This document shows, piece by piece, positions 36,738-46,836 of a stretch of 64,000 nt of DNA. A program made the position numbers and the translations under genes. Source of the stretch: Candidatus Uhrbacteria bacterium (lineage in GTDB: Bacteria > Patescibacteriota > Patescibacteriia > GWA2-47-26); assembly GCA_016187515.1 (NCBI GenBank), contig JACPJN010000007.1, positions 228,778 to 292,777 on the forward strand, read 5' to 3'. The first letter of the stretch is position 1; each line of letters opens with the position of its first letter. The notes under the pieces are model-generated. The model did not search any database and was not told where the DNA came from. It saw nothing but the letters and a program-made list of their open reading frames with translations.

Positions 36738-37238
36738 ATGACTCGCTTCACTCTTAAGAATGAACAACAAACTCTTGCGCTGGCCCGCCGCCTTGCCCGT
36801 ACGCTCCGCGGCGGGGACGTCTTGTTATTGCAAGGCGAGCTTGGCGCGGGCAAAACCACTTTTGTCCGCGGCTTGGCCCGCGCGCTTGGCGTGCGCAGCC
36901 GCATCAAAAGCCCGACTTTTACGCTAATACATGTGCATGAATTGGCTAAGGGCAAAGAGCATAGGGCTAAGGGCACTTTGCACAAAACTCTAAGCTCTAA
37001 GCTCTACGCTCTACGCTACCTCGTGCATTGCGATGCTTATCGGATAAAGCGCGCGCGCGAATTACGCGATGCGGGCCTCATGGACTGGCTTGGCCGACCC
37101 GACACGCTCGTGGTCGTAGAGTGGGGAGAAAAAATAAAACCGCTTCTTAAGGGGCGGCGATATATCCTGATCAAATTTGAGCATGGAGAACAAGGGAACC
37201 AGAGAATCATCAAAATGATGGCCTCTCTGCAGAGTTAG
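36738..37238 (+). CDS. tsaE: tRNA threonylcarbamoyladenosine biosynthesis protein TsaE (YjeE P-loop ATPase) with in-frame tandem-repeat insertion
   Basis: 166 aa. [22 protein letters not shown] Walker A and SPTFTL block. About 25 extra residues ([25 protein letters not shown]) encoded by tandem DNA repeats at 36941-37020 (gctaagggca / ctctaagctctacgct). Confidence 0.8.
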   Translation: MTRFTLKNEQQTLALARRLARTLRGGDVLLLQGELGAGKTTFVRGLARALGVRSRIKSPTFTLIHVHELAKGKEHRAKGTLHKTLSSKLYALRYLVHCDAYRIKRARELRDAGLMDWLGRPDTLVVVEWGEKIKPLLKGRRYILIKFEHGEQGNQRIIKMMASLQS

Positions 37239-37294
37239 TTGACAGGTGCCTCTCGTTATGCTACAGTGGTATCGATCGCGGCACAGATGCCGTA

Positions 37295-39031
37295 TTGATC
37301 ACAACCCTGGTTTTCGAAGAAAGGAATGGTGCTAAAATGGCATTCATTGCCCCGAAGTTCCGACGTGAATCGTGGTACGGGCGACTGTACCTGCGCGCGT
37401 ACGGCGAGGATCGCGGGTGGCTCGTCCGCCTCAAGCTGGCGGGCTCGATCGGGTTCGACTACGCGCCGTGCCCGGAGTTCCCCGCCGATGTCCCCGAGGC
37501 CGAGCGCATCGGTGCGGCCGTTGACTGGCGCAGGCGGAGCGACGAAGCACATCAGCGCTCGCTCGCGTTCCTCATGATGCCGCCAGCGGTCCAGCCGTTC
37601 GTCGAGACGGGCCCGAAGGTTTCGATCTGTCCGACGTTCTGGAAGATCGTGTTCGCGATGCTCGTGTACTGTCCGATCGTCGCGCTGCGCGCGATGAGAC
37701 GGGCGATCCGCGATGCGGCGCGGGCGGCGCTCGCGGCGATCGCCTCCGCGTTCCGGTGGACCGGCCGTCGGTTCGGTCGGCCGCTCGCGTGGATGACCGC
37801 CGGCGCGTTCGTACTTGCCAGCTACGGCATGGGCGTCTACATGATCGCAGCGGTGTCGTACGGCGTGACCGGCTATCTCATGGGTCGTGCCGGCATCAGT
37901 CCGGAGGAAGCGCTGCTGCAAGTGGTGGAGGCGCAGACGCGTGCCGAACGCGAGCAGCTTCGCCAGGACTACCTCAAGGAGTGCGCCGCGAGCATCCGAG
38001 CCGAAGCGGAGAGGACCGTTGAGTCCTACCCGGAGTGCGATACGTTCGTTCTCATTGGCGGGATGTCGCACGAAGAGCAGGCGAAGCGGTGCGTCGGCCG
38101 CGACGAGCGGTATCTCTCCGAGATCAAGGCAGTCGAGGGCGGCGACCACGACTGCGTGGTGCAGGAGATGTATGGTTGGAGAGGTCTTGTCTTCGCGCGT
38201 CTGTTCCCCGGTGAGGCCGAACGAAAGGAGCTCGCAACATGGCTCGCGGCAAAGCTCCGCGAGCGGTTCGCGAAGGAGGTGCAGGCCGGTCTCGACTCGC
38301 GCGAGCGGCGGATCGCCGAGGCGCGCAAGGAGGACGCGAAGGTCGTCGGCGCCGCGGTCGCGAAGCTCGTCCCGATGCAGCATGATCCTCGCAAGCTCTA
38401 CGAGCAGTTCACGGCCAACTGTCGGTACGAGGAGTACGACAAGCGGTGGGTCGCGAGGTATGGGCACGGTGTCGTCTCGAACGCGACCTGTGCGACGCTC
38501 GCCGGACTGTTCGGCCCGCAGATCGAGGACGCGCAGTTCACGATCCGGTGGCAGGAGAGGAGAACAGCGCTCCGACAGTACGGGCCGGGCGTCGGGAAGG
38601 GGATCGGGTTCGTGGTCGGTGTCGTGTTCCTTCTCGCACTGCTCGTCGTGCTCCTGGACAGGTACATCCGCGCAATCGGTCGCGCGCTCGCGTGGTTTTT
38701 AGACAGGATTGTCTGGCCAGTCGGCAAATGGACCGTGATCATCGCGACCGCGCCGATCTGGATGCCGGTGCGGTACCTCGTCTGGCCGGCGCTCTGTCTG
38801 GTCGGGCGGAGTTTCCGGTCCGTCGGGCTCGCGTTCGGGCTCGCGTTCTGGAACGTCTGGCTCGTACGCACGGTTCGCTCCGCGTTCGTCTCCGTGTTCA
38901 CCGGCATCGCCTCCGGCATCCGCCGGTTCGCTGCCGCGACGCGGCAGGTCCTCGCGGACACCTGGCACCTCATCCGCGCCTTCGCGTCCGCGAAGTGGGA
39001 ACGCCTCTGCCCGTTCATCGAGTGGTCGTAA
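37295..39031 (+). CDS. GC-rich hypothetical polytopic membrane protein
   Basis: 578 aa; start possibly MAFIAPKF at 37337. Multiple hydrophobic helices at both ends and a central soluble Cys-containing domain. Local GC very high, so several long antisense ORFs appear (37256..38467- and others). Confidence 0.5.
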   Translation: MITTLVFEERNGAKMAFIAPKFRRESWYGRLYLRAYGEDRGWLVRLKLAGSIGFDYAPCPEFPADVPEAERIGAAVDWRRRSDEAHQRSLAFLMMPPAVQPFVETGPKVSICPTFWKIVFAMLVYCPIVALRAMRRAIRDAARAALAAIASAFRWTGRRFGRPLAWMTAGAFVLASYGMGVYMIAAVSYGVTGYLMGRAGISPEEALLQVVEAQTRAEREQLRQDYLKECAASIRAEAERTVESYPECDTFVLIGGMSHEEQAKRCVGRDERYLSEIKAVEGGDHDCVVQEMYGWRGLVFARLFPGEAERKELATWLAAKLRERFAKEVQAGLDSRERRIAEARKEDAKVVGAAVAKLVPMQHDPRKLYEQFTANCRYEEYDKRWVARYGHGVVSNATCATLAGLFGPQIEDAQFTIRWQERRTALRQYGPGVGKGIGFVVGVVFLLALLVVLLDRYIRAIGRALAWFLDRIVWPVGKWTVIIATAPIWMPVRYLVWPALCLVGRSFRSVGLAFGLAFWNVWLVRTVRSAFVSVFTGIASGIRRFAAATRQVLADTWHLIRAFASAKWERLCPFIEWS

Positions 39032-39062
39032 GAGAGCAGATCTTGATCATTCTTGCCCCGTA

Positions 39063-39125
39063 CAGGTTTCCGGCATCACGCCGGGGGCTCGCACGGGGCG
39101 TTTTTCTTTTAAAATCCCCGCTGCT
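39063..39125 (+). terminator. putative rho-independent terminator after GC-islet membrane protein gene
   Basis: GCCCCGTACAGG...CTCGCACGGGGCGTTTTTCTTTT; GC stem CCCCGT(a)C / G(c)ACGGGG with a T-run. Confidence 0.4.
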
Positions 39126-39147
39126 CTTTTAAGTCGTATAAGACCTA

Positions 39148-40866
39148 TCATTCTGCCACTCGGAAGACCTCTTCCACCGTCGTAATCCCGTCTAAGGCCT
39201 TGAGCAGGCCGTCTTGAACCATGGTGATCATGCCGGCTTTGACCGCAATTTCCTGCAGGGTATATTCGGAGATTTTTCCGGCCAGCACCACCTCTTCAAT
39301 TTCTTTATTCATCATCATTACCTCAAAAATACCCACCTGTCCTTTGTAGCCCAGATCAAAACAGCGCGCGCAGCCCCGGCCGCGGTAGAATTTTAAGGCG
39401 GCTAACGGCTGACGGTCCCGGCTTTGCCGAGGACTCTCGGTTTGACCGGAGCTTACCGCGGACTGCTCTTTGGGAAGCGCCGCGAGTATTTCTTTCACGC
39501 GCTTAAGCGTCTCCTCCTCCAATTTCACCTCTTCTTTGCACTCCTCGTGAATCCGGCGAACCAACCGCTGGGCCATTACCGCGTTAAGCGCGGGAGCCAG
39601 CAGAAACGGTTTAGCCCCCAACGCTAAAAACCGCGGAATCGCGCCGGAGGCGGAATTAGTATGGACGGTGGAAAGCACCAAATGTCCGGTAAGCGCGGCT
39701 TGGATCGCGATATCCACGGTTTCCAGGTCGCGGATCTCGCCGACCATAATCACATCCGGGTCTTGGCGCAAAATCGAACGCAGCCCTTCGGCAAAGGAAT
39801 AATGCTTGGCCGTATCAATTTGGCTTTGCGCGATGCCGGGAAGTTTGTACTCGATGGGATCCTCCAGGGTAATGATCTTGGTCTCCGGATTATTGAGTTT
39901 ATGCAAAGCCGCGTAAAGCGTGGTGGTTTTCCCCGAGCCGGTCGGCCCGGTCGTGATAATCATGCCGTTGGGACGCTTAATTTCCGCCATCAGTCGCTCA
40001 AACGGCTTGCCCCGCAACCCCAATTCTTCAAAGTTAAGCCCCTTGGAAATTGGTTTCAAAATACGAATCACCACGGACTCTCCCTCGGAAGTGGGAATAG
40101 TGGAGACGCGCACCTCCACATTTCCCTCTTTTACAAAAATAGTAAACCGCCCGTCTTGGGGACGATCGGTAACATTAATCTTTAGCCCGGAGATTAACTT
40201 GATCCGCGAAACAACCTTGGGCCACTCGGATTTATCAAGCTTGGCGACTTGATGAAGGACCCCATCAATGCGAAAGCGCACCACAATAGCGGCGCTTTCG
40301 GCTTCAATATGAATATCGGAAGAATTGGCCCGCAAGGCCGAGGCGACCAGCAGGGTGACCAGATCGGTAACCGCTGCGCCTTTGAGCCGCGCCTGGAGCT
40401 CGTCAAACGAATGAAATTCTTCTTTAAAATTCGCCAAATCCTCGGCCTTAATTTCCACGCCTTTGACGGACGGCTTAAGGCGAGGCAGTTTCGCGTATAA
40501 CTTAAGCGCGTGATCTAAAGAATCATCCGAGATCATGTAAATCAACCCGCGGGCCTTAATCCGCTCCTGAATTTGATATAGCAGTTCGTGGAGCGCGGGA
40601 TTTTCCGGACGCGGACTCCCTATCCTAAACTCGTCTCCAATATAAAAAAAACACACTACGGATAGCTGCCGGGCCTGCTCCTCCGGGATAATCCGCAGCG
40701 CCTCCGTACTAATCGGAAACTTTACCAACTGAATATAGGGAATGGCGGCGCGCGAGGCGGCCTGTTCAATGTCATGTTCCTTGCCGCGCAAGTTCAGCTC
40801 CTTCATCTTTTCTTCAAACTCCTGCCGGGCCTCTTTGGAACTGATGCGCGGAAACTGATTGTCCAT
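39148..40866 (-). CDS. type II/IV secretion system ATPase (GspE/PilB family)
   Basis: 572 aa. Walker A GPTGSGKTTTLYAAL; GEIRD and tetracysteine motif (GCARCFDLGYKG) typical of PilB/GspE. Confidence 0.85.
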   Translation of the reverse strand: MDNQFPRISSKEARQEFEEKMKELNLRGKEHDIEQAASRAAIPYIQLVKFPISTEALRIIPEEQARQLSVVCFFYIGDEFRIGSPRPENPALHELLYQIQERIKARGLIYMISDDSLDHALKLYAKLPRLKPSVKGVEIKAEDLANFKEEFHSFDELQARLKGAAVTDLVTLLVASALRANSSDIHIEAESAAIVVRFRIDGVLHQVAKLDKSEWPKVVSRIKLISGLKINVTDRPQDGRFTIFVKEGNVEVRVSTIPTSEGESVVIRILKPISKGLNFEELGLRGKPFERLMAEIKRPNGMIITTGPTGSGKTTTLYAALHKLNNPETKIITLEDPIEYKLPGIAQSQIDTAKHYSFAEGLRSILRQDPDVIMVGEIRDLETVDIAIQAALTGHLVLSTVHTNSASGAIPRFLALGAKPFLLAPALNAVMAQRLVRRIHEECKEEVKLEEETLKRVKEILAALPKEQSAVSSGQTESPRQSRDRQPLAALKFYRGRGCARCFDLGYKGQVGIFEVMMMNKEIEEVVLAGKISEYTLQEIAVKAGMITMVQDGLLKALDGITTVEEVFRVAE

Positions 40867-40879
40867 ATTCCCGCGTGGC

Positions 40880-40903
40880 TTTAAGGGACTGTTGCGCAGT
40901 GCC
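40880..40903. repeat. solo copy of the MITE-like terminal repeat TTTAAGGGACTGTTGCGCAGTGC
   Basis: Identical 23-mer to 35907-35929 (the left TIR of the tRNA-Leu-adjacent element). Lies between pilB start and the downstream membrane-protein gene. Confidence 0.65.
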
Positions 40904-40905
40904 GT

Positions 40906-41877
40906 TTAGATTACTTTGCGATGCAGGAGATGACCAAACCGGGAAGTAAGACGGATAATCTTGGCGGTGGCGCCTTCCTCACGCAGGCGCATAAACAGCA
41001 GCACCCAGGAAGCGTATTGAAAAGTCACAAACGCGGAACCGATCAGCAAGAGCGCCGCCAAATACGCGGCCGCCCCGACTGCCACGATTACCCAAAGCAG
41101 CGCCGGAACATTCAAAAACACCGCGATTGAACCCGCCAGCAGCAGCGGTATTCCCAAAGCGAACATGGCGAGCAGAACGCCGACCCCGACCAAAAGCGTG
41201 ATAAAGTAAAGAATCAGCGCCAGCTCGATGGAGACCAGCCAGTGCTGCGCGAAAATTGAAAACGCTTCCCGCAGTGATTGTAAGAAGGTGTGTCCATCAA
41301 GAATAACCAGCACCGCGGCGTAGATGCCCAGAAAAGATAAGATCAGTGAAAGTAAGGTGACTAAAACAAAGGCGAGCAAGAACAGCGTAAAGGTGAGCGG
41401 AGACGGCCCTTGCGCGACTAAAGGATTGATCAAGAACCAATACAGCAGAATGTCCAGCCGCGTCAGCAGGCCAATCCCCAGCAGCGGAAAAAAAGCGCGC
41501 GCTCCGCGCTTTAAAAGCGCCGGAATACTTTCTTTTCGCCCAGGACTAGCGGTCTTCGCCAGCGCCCAAATCAGTCCGCCGCGAGCGGCCGTCACCAAAA
41601 CGAGCAGAGCCGCCATTACGGCAAGCGCAATAAACGAGAGGCCCAAAAGGACGGCGAATTGCCAAAAATTCAGACCGGCAAACGGCAAGAGCAAAGAGCT
41701 TGCTCCGGCAAGAAAGCCGGGTCCTGGCAGGCGTTCCAGGGCTTGGTTAAAGGTCTGGTAGGCGCCCAGATCACCCCAGAATACGGCCAAAAGCCCCAGC
41801 GCCCAAAACCGCTTATAATTCCAGGTCGTTTTCCAGGCCTCCCGCAAAATGTGCCGATAAAGCGTATCCTCCTGCAT
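40906..41877 (-). CDS. hypothetical multi-pass membrane protein
   Basis: ORF 40906..41922. Probable start MQEDTLYRHILREAWK at 41877, since the N-terminal extension is encoded by an intergenic hairpin repeat. About 6 TM helices. Confidence 0.45.
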   Translation of the reverse strand: MQEDTLYRHILREAWKTTWNYKRFWALGLLAVFWGDLGAYQTFNQALERLPGPGFLAGASSLLLPFAGLNFWQFAVLLGLSFIALAVMAALLVLVTAARGGLIWALAKTASPGRKESIPALLKRGARAFFPLLGIGLLTRLDILLYWFLINPLVAQGPSPLTFTLFLLAFVLVTLLSLILSFLGIYAAVLVILDGHTFLQSLREAFSIFAQHWLVSIELALILYFITLLVGVGVLLAMFALGIPLLLAGSIAVFLNVPALLWVIVAVGAAAYLAALLLIGSAFVTFQYASWVLLFMRLREEGATAKIIRLTSRFGHLLHRKVI

Positions 41878-41886
41878 ATTTATGGA

Positions 41887-41970
41887 GTGAATCAAGTAAA
41901 TCAAGCGAGGCATGTAAATCAAGGGCCTGATTTACCTGATTTACCTGATTTACTTATCTTACTTAATTTA
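41887..41970. repeat. family S hairpin element
   Basis: GTGAATCAAGTAAATCAAGCGAGGCATGTAAATCAAGGGCCTGATTTACCTGATTTACCTGATTTACTTATCTTACTTAATTTAC. Confidence 0.75.
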
Positions 41971-41978
41971 CACCACCA

Positions 41979-43895
41979 TTATACCATCGAAGGGCCCAGT
42001 TGGGGAAGTATTCTGGTTGGAACGCGTTCTTTCTTAACCGGCTTCACGGTTCCGCTTGGCGCTTTAGGGCGCCCCTTGGTCTTGACGGTAAAAAGCGCTT
42101 CAAATTCCTCGCGTTCAAGAGTTTCCTTTTCAAGCAGGTGTTCCGCGATCTGATCTAAGATCGGACGCTGCTCTTTAATTATTTTTGTCGCGACATCCCG
42201 AGCATTACCAATGATGCGATCCATCTCCGCGTCAATGGCCTTGGCAATATCTTCGGAATAATTACGCTGCTCGGTAATCTCGCGGCCCAAAAATATCAAG
42301 TCCTCATGATCCCCAAAAGTGCGCGGTCCCAGTTTATCCGACATCCCGTATTCCACGACCAGTTTTCGCGCGAGTTGGGTCGCCACCTTAAGATCGTTGG
42401 ACGCGCCGGTCGTAATATCGCCGAACACTTCTTTTTCGGCGACGTATCCGCCCAGAAGCGCGGCGAGCTCATCCAAAAATTCCGCGCGCGTCTTCAAATG
42501 CCGGTCTTCGGAGGGGAGCTTTAGCGTATAGCCCGCGGCGCGGCCGCGCGAGATAATCGATACTTTATGCACCGGATCGGCGCCGGGCAGCTCATGACCA
42601 ACGAGGGCGTGCCCTCCTTCATGATACGCGGTAACCTTCCGCTCATTTAACGACAGTAAATGGCTCTTGCGTTCCGGACCAAGCATCACCTTCTCAATTG
42701 ATTCAACCAGTTCAGCCATCCCGACCTCTTTTTTGTTTCGCCGGGCGGTCAAAATTGCCGCCTCATTCATCAGATTCGCCAGATCCGCGCCGGAAAATCC
42801 CGGCGTCCGCTCGGCAATTATCCTAACTTTTACCCCGTGGCCGATCGGCTTGCCCTGGGCATGAATCTGCAGGACCGCTTCGCGGTCGTTAATGTCCGGA
42901 AGTTCTAAAATAATCCGCCGATCAAAGCGCCCGGGACGCAGGAGCGCCGGATCCAAAATATCCGGGCGATTGGTCGCCGCCATAATTATTACCCCCAGAT
43001 TGGGATCAAAGCCGTCCATCTCCACCAGAATTTGGTTCAGCGTCTGTTCCCGCTCGTCATGGCTCCCCCCCAGTCCGGCGCCGCGCTGGCGCCCGACCGC
43101 GTCAATCTCATCCACAAACAAAATGCAGGGAGCCGCTTTTTTGGCCTTGCGAAACAGATCGCGCACGCGCGCCGCCCCCACGCCAACAAACATCTCCACA
43201 AACTCGGACCCGGAGATATGGAAAAATGGGACATTGGCTTCCCCGGCAACCGCGCGGGCGAGCATGGTTTTGCCGGTGCCCGGCGCCCCCATCAGCAGGA
43301 CGCCTTTGGGAATTTTCGCGCCGACCGCCGTAAACTTCTTGGGGTTTTTAAGAAACTCCACAATCTCATTAAGTTCTTCTTTCGACTCCTTAAGGCCGGC
43401 CACGTCTTTAAAGGTCACCTTATCTTTGTCATTGGGCGCGGCTTGTCTGGCGCCGGCCTGACCAAAGGACATCGCGCGAGAATTCACCCCCTGGACCTGG
43501 CGCATCATAAAAAATATCACCAGGCCAATGAGCACGAAGGGGATAAGAAAGGGCAGCAATGCCGAGAGCCAGTAGCCGACTCCGCTTTCCCGCTTGACTT
43601 CAATCTGCACCCCCTGCAGCACCGGGGACTCTATTCCATAGTTCTTCAATAAATTGGAAAATGACTCGCCCGGCTCTTTTTGAGTGGTGAGCTGCTTTCC
43701 GTCCTTAAGCGTCGTATGGATAATATCTCCGCGCACTTCAATCTTGGATACTTCGCCGCCGCGCACATGTCCCAGCAGCGTCCCCACATCAATACGATCG
43801 GGACGCGCCTCCGGAAAGCGCACCGAGGACAATACTCCCGCGATAACCAAAAGACCCAAAAGAAAAATGAAAAAATTACGGAACAAACTGGACAT
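41979..43895 (-). CDS. ftsH: ATP-dependent zinc metalloprotease FtsH
   Basis: 638 aa. N-terminal TM, Walker [19 protein letters not shown] zinc site. Confidence 0.9.
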   Translation of the reverse strand: MSSLFRNFFIFLLGLLVIAGVLSSVRFPEARPDRIDVGTLLGHVRGGEVSKIEVRGDIIHTTLKDGKQLTTQKEPGESFSNLLKNYGIESPVLQGVQIEVKRESGVGYWLSALLPFLIPFVLIGLVIFFMMRQVQGVNSRAMSFGQAGARQAAPNDKDKVTFKDVAGLKESKEELNEIVEFLKNPKKFTAVGAKIPKGVLLMGAPGTGKTMLARAVAGEANVPFFHISGSEFVEMFVGVGAARVRDLFRKAKKAAPCILFVDEIDAVGRQRGAGLGGSHDEREQTLNQILVEMDGFDPNLGVIIMAATNRPDILDPALLRPGRFDRRIILELPDINDREAVLQIHAQGKPIGHGVKVRIIAERTPGFSGADLANLMNEAAILTARRNKKEVGMAELVESIEKVMLGPERKSHLLSLNERKVTAYHEGGHALVGHELPGADPVHKVSIISRGRAAGYTLKLPSEDRHLKTRAEFLDELAALLGGYVAEKEVFGDITTGASNDLKVATQLARKLVVEYGMSDKLGPRTFGDHEDLIFLGREITEQRNYSEDIAKAIDAEMDRIIGNARDVATKIIKEQRPILDQIAEHLLEKETLEREEFEALFTVKTKGRPKAPSGTVKPVKKERVPTRILPQLGPSMV

Positions 43896-43922
43896 GTGTT
43901 TTGTAGGTTAAGAACTAGGTAA

Positions 43923-43978
43923 AATAAGTAAAGCAAGCAGCTTAATTCACTTAATTTACTTAACCACTTGATTTACTG
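43923..43978. repeat. family S-related short element
   Basis: AATAAGTAAAGCAAGCAGCTTAATTCACTTAATTTACTTAACCACTTGATTTACTG, between rpsA start and ftsH stop. Confidence 0.55.
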
Positions 43979-43980
43979 TT

Positions 43981-45180
43981 TCATTGTACCACATCCGATG
44001 CCGGGATACTAGGCGGGGCCTCAACCAGCTCCGACTTCTTCACCTCTTCTGTGGGTTCTGTGTCGGTTTTCTGTGGTTCGGCTTTGGCCTTTTTTTCGGA
44101 AAGGCCCAACCGATGATGTTCGGATTCAATGGAAACCACCTTAAATTCTCGCGTATCCCCGGGCTTGACTTGCTCTTCCACCGGAATACCCGGCGTGATG
44201 TCCAGCTCTGAAACATGCGCCAAGCCGTGGATCTCGGGATCGAGCTCCACAAAAAGTCCAAAGGGATTGACTTTCAAAATCTTGCCTTTAACTACCTGCC
44301 CCACGGCATACCGGCTTTCCACTTGCTTCCAAGGATCCCCAATCAGGACGCGAATGGAAAGGAAGATCTTTGACCCTTGAATGTTTAAGACCTGCGCCCG
44401 AACCGTATCGCCCACCTTGACGACTTGCGAAGGATGATCCAGGCGCTGCCAAGCAATTTCAGAAATATGCACTAAGCCCTCGAGGCCATCAAAACCGACA
44501 AATACTCCGAAGTCCGCGACCGCCGTAACTTGACCCTCAACAATATCGCCGACTTTATACTTCGAGATAAGATCTTTCTGTTCTTCTTCCCAAAGCGTCT
44601 TTTCCGAGAAAATCAATTTATTCTCGTGCGGCACGCAATCCAGCACGCGCAGGCGAAAATTAGTTCCGACAAACGACCGCAGCCGTTCCAAAATTTTGCC
44701 CTTATCGCCCCCGGGCACGCGCGGATAATGCTCCGGCGCCAGTTGTGATACCGGAAGAAACCCGGCCATGCCCAGCCAGGTCACCATCAGTCCTCCGCGA
44801 TTCGCCTCCACGACCTTGCCTTCAACAATAGTATTTTTCGTTTTGGCTTCAATCGCCTTTTCCCAGCCGCGCAGTTCTCCCGCGAACTGAAAAGAGAGTT
44901 CCACTTGTCCTTCTTCGTTTTCCAGCTCGGTAACCGTGGCCTCCACCGGATCGCCGATTTTAAGGTTGGGGTAGACCTGGCTTAACTCTTTCATCTCCAG
45001 GCCCCGCACGATTCCGGTTTTAAATCCGGGAATGTCCACGAGAATTTCGCGCGAGGACAAGGCAATCACCGTACCTTTGACCACGTCCCCTTCTTTGGGA
45101 ACGGTAATGTAAGTTTTATCAGATAATAACCTTTTAAGCTCCGAGTCGTTGGCAGTACTGGCAGTAACCGCTGTTGACAT
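43981..45180 (-). CDS. rpsA: 30S ribosomal protein S1 (short 4 x S1-domain form)
   Basis: 399 aa. Repeated S1 domains (GDVVKGTVIALSSREILVDI, GDIVEGQVTAVADFGVFVGF, GQVVKGKILKVNPFGLFVEL). Confidence 0.75.
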   Translation of the reverse strand: MSTAVTASTANDSELKRLLSDKTYITVPKEGDVVKGTVIALSSREILVDIPGFKTGIVRGLEMKELSQVYPNLKIGDPVEATVTELENEEGQVELSFQFAGELRGWEKAIEAKTKNTIVEGKVVEANRGGLMVTWLGMAGFLPVSQLAPEHYPRVPGGDKGKILERLRSFVGTNFRLRVLDCVPHENKLIFSEKTLWEEEQKDLISKYKVGDIVEGQVTAVADFGVFVGFDGLEGLVHISEIAWQRLDHPSQVVKVGDTVRAQVLNIQGSKIFLSIRVLIGDPWKQVESRYAVGQVVKGKILKVNPFGLFVELDPEIHGLAHVSELDITPGIPVEEQVKPGDTREFKVVSIESEHHRLGLSEKKAKAEPQKTDTEPTEEVKKSELVEAPPSIPASDVVQ

Positions 45181-45303
45181 ACGATTATGAATTAAATTAT
45201 GAATTAAATAAGCAAAGACAGTATATCAGAACGCGAATTGCTTGACAAGGGGGTCACCTTGGAGTAAGGTAAATAGGCCGAAAAGGCATGAAAGTGAGGA
45301 ATC

Positions 45304-45885
45304 ATGAAGACGTTCGTTCTTTGTACAGCAGTTCTGGCCGGATGCCATGCACCCACTCGCGGTACCACGCCCGTCCGCATCAAGGCAGCGCCTTCGCAGT
45401 ATACCTGCCGCGATCTCGCCAGAGACACGGCATCGTATCCGGGAGAGGAAAACGAGAGGCCTTCACCGCGCGTATTCTCTTGCCATGACGATACGTGCTG
45501 TTCGACGGATGTGCTCCATGTGACCCCCATGGTCGAAGAGATGATTGCGGTTGAGGGGTCGTGGGAAAGCGCCGTGTTGATTCCCCATGACTCAAACGGA
45601 GAAATGATCCAGCTGGGCATCCTCTTTCGAGCAGGAGAGCTGGAGGTAGAGCCGGGACTCAAGGTAACGTTGTTCAAGTTCACCTACCCCTCCTTCATGG
45701 CGCTCGAGAATGGCGGAACGCTCACCGCATTCATCACCACCTCCGCAAGCAACATTAAGGCTGGACCGGATGGTCGTCTCCCTTTGCGGGACAGTGGGTG
45801 TCGTGACGTGCGCATCATCCTCGCACCTTCCACGCCGGTTCCTCTACGTCCTGCGGTCCCATCGGAACCGGCACAGTCGATCTGA
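45304..45885 (+). CDS. GC-rich putative lipoprotein
   Basis: 193 aa. Signal peptide with lipobox MKTFVLCTAVLAGC. Elevated GC. Cys-rich. Hairpin + T-run (CCGGTGTCGCG...CGCGACCCGG CCTTTTTTTT) downstream at about 45905-45960. Confidence 0.5.
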   Translation: MKTFVLCTAVLAGCHAPTRGTTPVRIKAAPSQYTCRDLARDTASYPGEENERPSPRVFSCHDDTCCSTDVLHVTPMVEEMIAVEGSWESAVLIPHDSNGEMIQLGILFRAGELEVEPGLKVTLFKFTYPSFMALENGGTLTAFITTSASNIKAGPDGRLPLRDSGCRDVRIILAPSTPVPLRPAVPSEPAQSI

Positions 45886-46025
45886 GATCCGTAGTACCTT
45901 CCCGTCCGGTGTCGCGTGCATATCCTTACCGGATGCACCCCTCGCGACCCGGCCTTTTTTTATTTGCAAAAAGGTGTCCATGATCAGACACCGTCGCTGT
46001 TCGGTTATTTGAACACTGTCTTTGT

Positions 46026-46574
46026 TTATATGTCCAACACTCTGATGCCAGGAATCTTTTGAAATCTTTCAACATCGTAGGTGTAGAGTCGGGCTACACC
46101 ATTGCTAAGCATAGTTGCCGCCAGGACTACATCATAAATATGTTTGCTTCCAAACCCGAGTTGTCTCATCAAGTTAATCACATTGTCGTGTACATTCATC
46201 GGCGGCGTAATGAGGGAAAGAGAATCGGCGAGTTTTGTCATTTCGTCCAGCGCCTCGGTAGGTGTAATAGGTTTTGCCACTCGCGCAGGATTGGTTACTA
46301 CTGCGAAAAATTCAAAAAGAATTTGTGGCGCAAGGCAAGCATTCAGTTCACCCTTAGTCGCACGATCAAGTAGTGCGCGACATGTAGTATGATACTCGCT
46401 GTCCGCATTATATGCGTATACGAGTATGTTCGTATCCAACAAAGCAGTATCCGGAGCAATTCCAGATACTGCAGTCGCATTGACCGTTGTGTTCAACCCA
46501 AGGAAAGGTGGGGCCATTCCGCTAGTAAATGTAGTGAATGCAACACTAGCCGAGGGATCAAATGAGCTCTCCAT
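46026..46574 (-). CDS. vapC: PIN-domain ribonuclease, type II toxin VapC
   Basis: ALLDTNILVYAYN first acidic PIN residue, later DVVLAATMLSNG. ORF track start 46586 overlaps the antitoxin. The true start is uncertain: MESS at 46574, or a non-ATG codon nearer LLDTNIL. Confidence 0.65.
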   Translation of the reverse strand: MESSFDPSASVAFTTFTSGMAPPFLGLNTTVNATAVSGIAPDTALLDTNILVYAYNADSEYHTTCRALLDRATKGELNACLAPQILFEFFAVVTNPARVAKPITPTEALDEMTKLADSLSLITPPMNVHDNVINLMRQLGFGSKHIYDVVLAATMLSNGVARLYTYDVERFQKIPGIRVLDI

Positions 46575-46776
46575 AGATCTCGTCACGTGTCAAACGTCCC
46601 TTAAGAGCCCCAAGATGCCAAACCCCAAGCCGGTACTTCTTTTTTGGAAGCACTGTGTTTATCGTAGTAATAGTGACATTAAGGGGCTGTCCCTCGGGGA
46701 GGTCCACTCGTTCCAGTGGTTCAAACACCCCCCCACGAACTTGTACGCGAATTGTCTTAGTTAATGTAGTTGCCAT
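46558..46776 (-). CDS. vapB: VapB-type antitoxin (DUF104-like, IxAxYENGV...LPEG family)
   Basis: ORF 46558..46797; probable start MATTLTKTIRVQVRGGVFEPLERVDLPEGQPLNVTI. Directly upstream of and overlapping the PIN gene. Confidence 0.55.
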   Translation of the reverse strand: MATTLTKTIRVQVRGGVFEPLERVDLPEGQPLNVTITTINTVLPKKKYRLGVWHLGALKGRLTRDEIYGELI

Positions 46777-46836
46777 ACAAGATATATGATACATCAACAG
46801 TGCAAAATTGACAAGTCGTTTTTCAGCAACTAAACC

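Noticed and set aside
37256-38968. Overlapping ORFs 37256..38467(-), 37887..38702(+), 38398..39018(-), 38446..39132(+) and others in the GC-rich islet
   Set aside because: Same high-GC artefact. Only the 578-aa plus-strand frame shows TM helices and normal composition.
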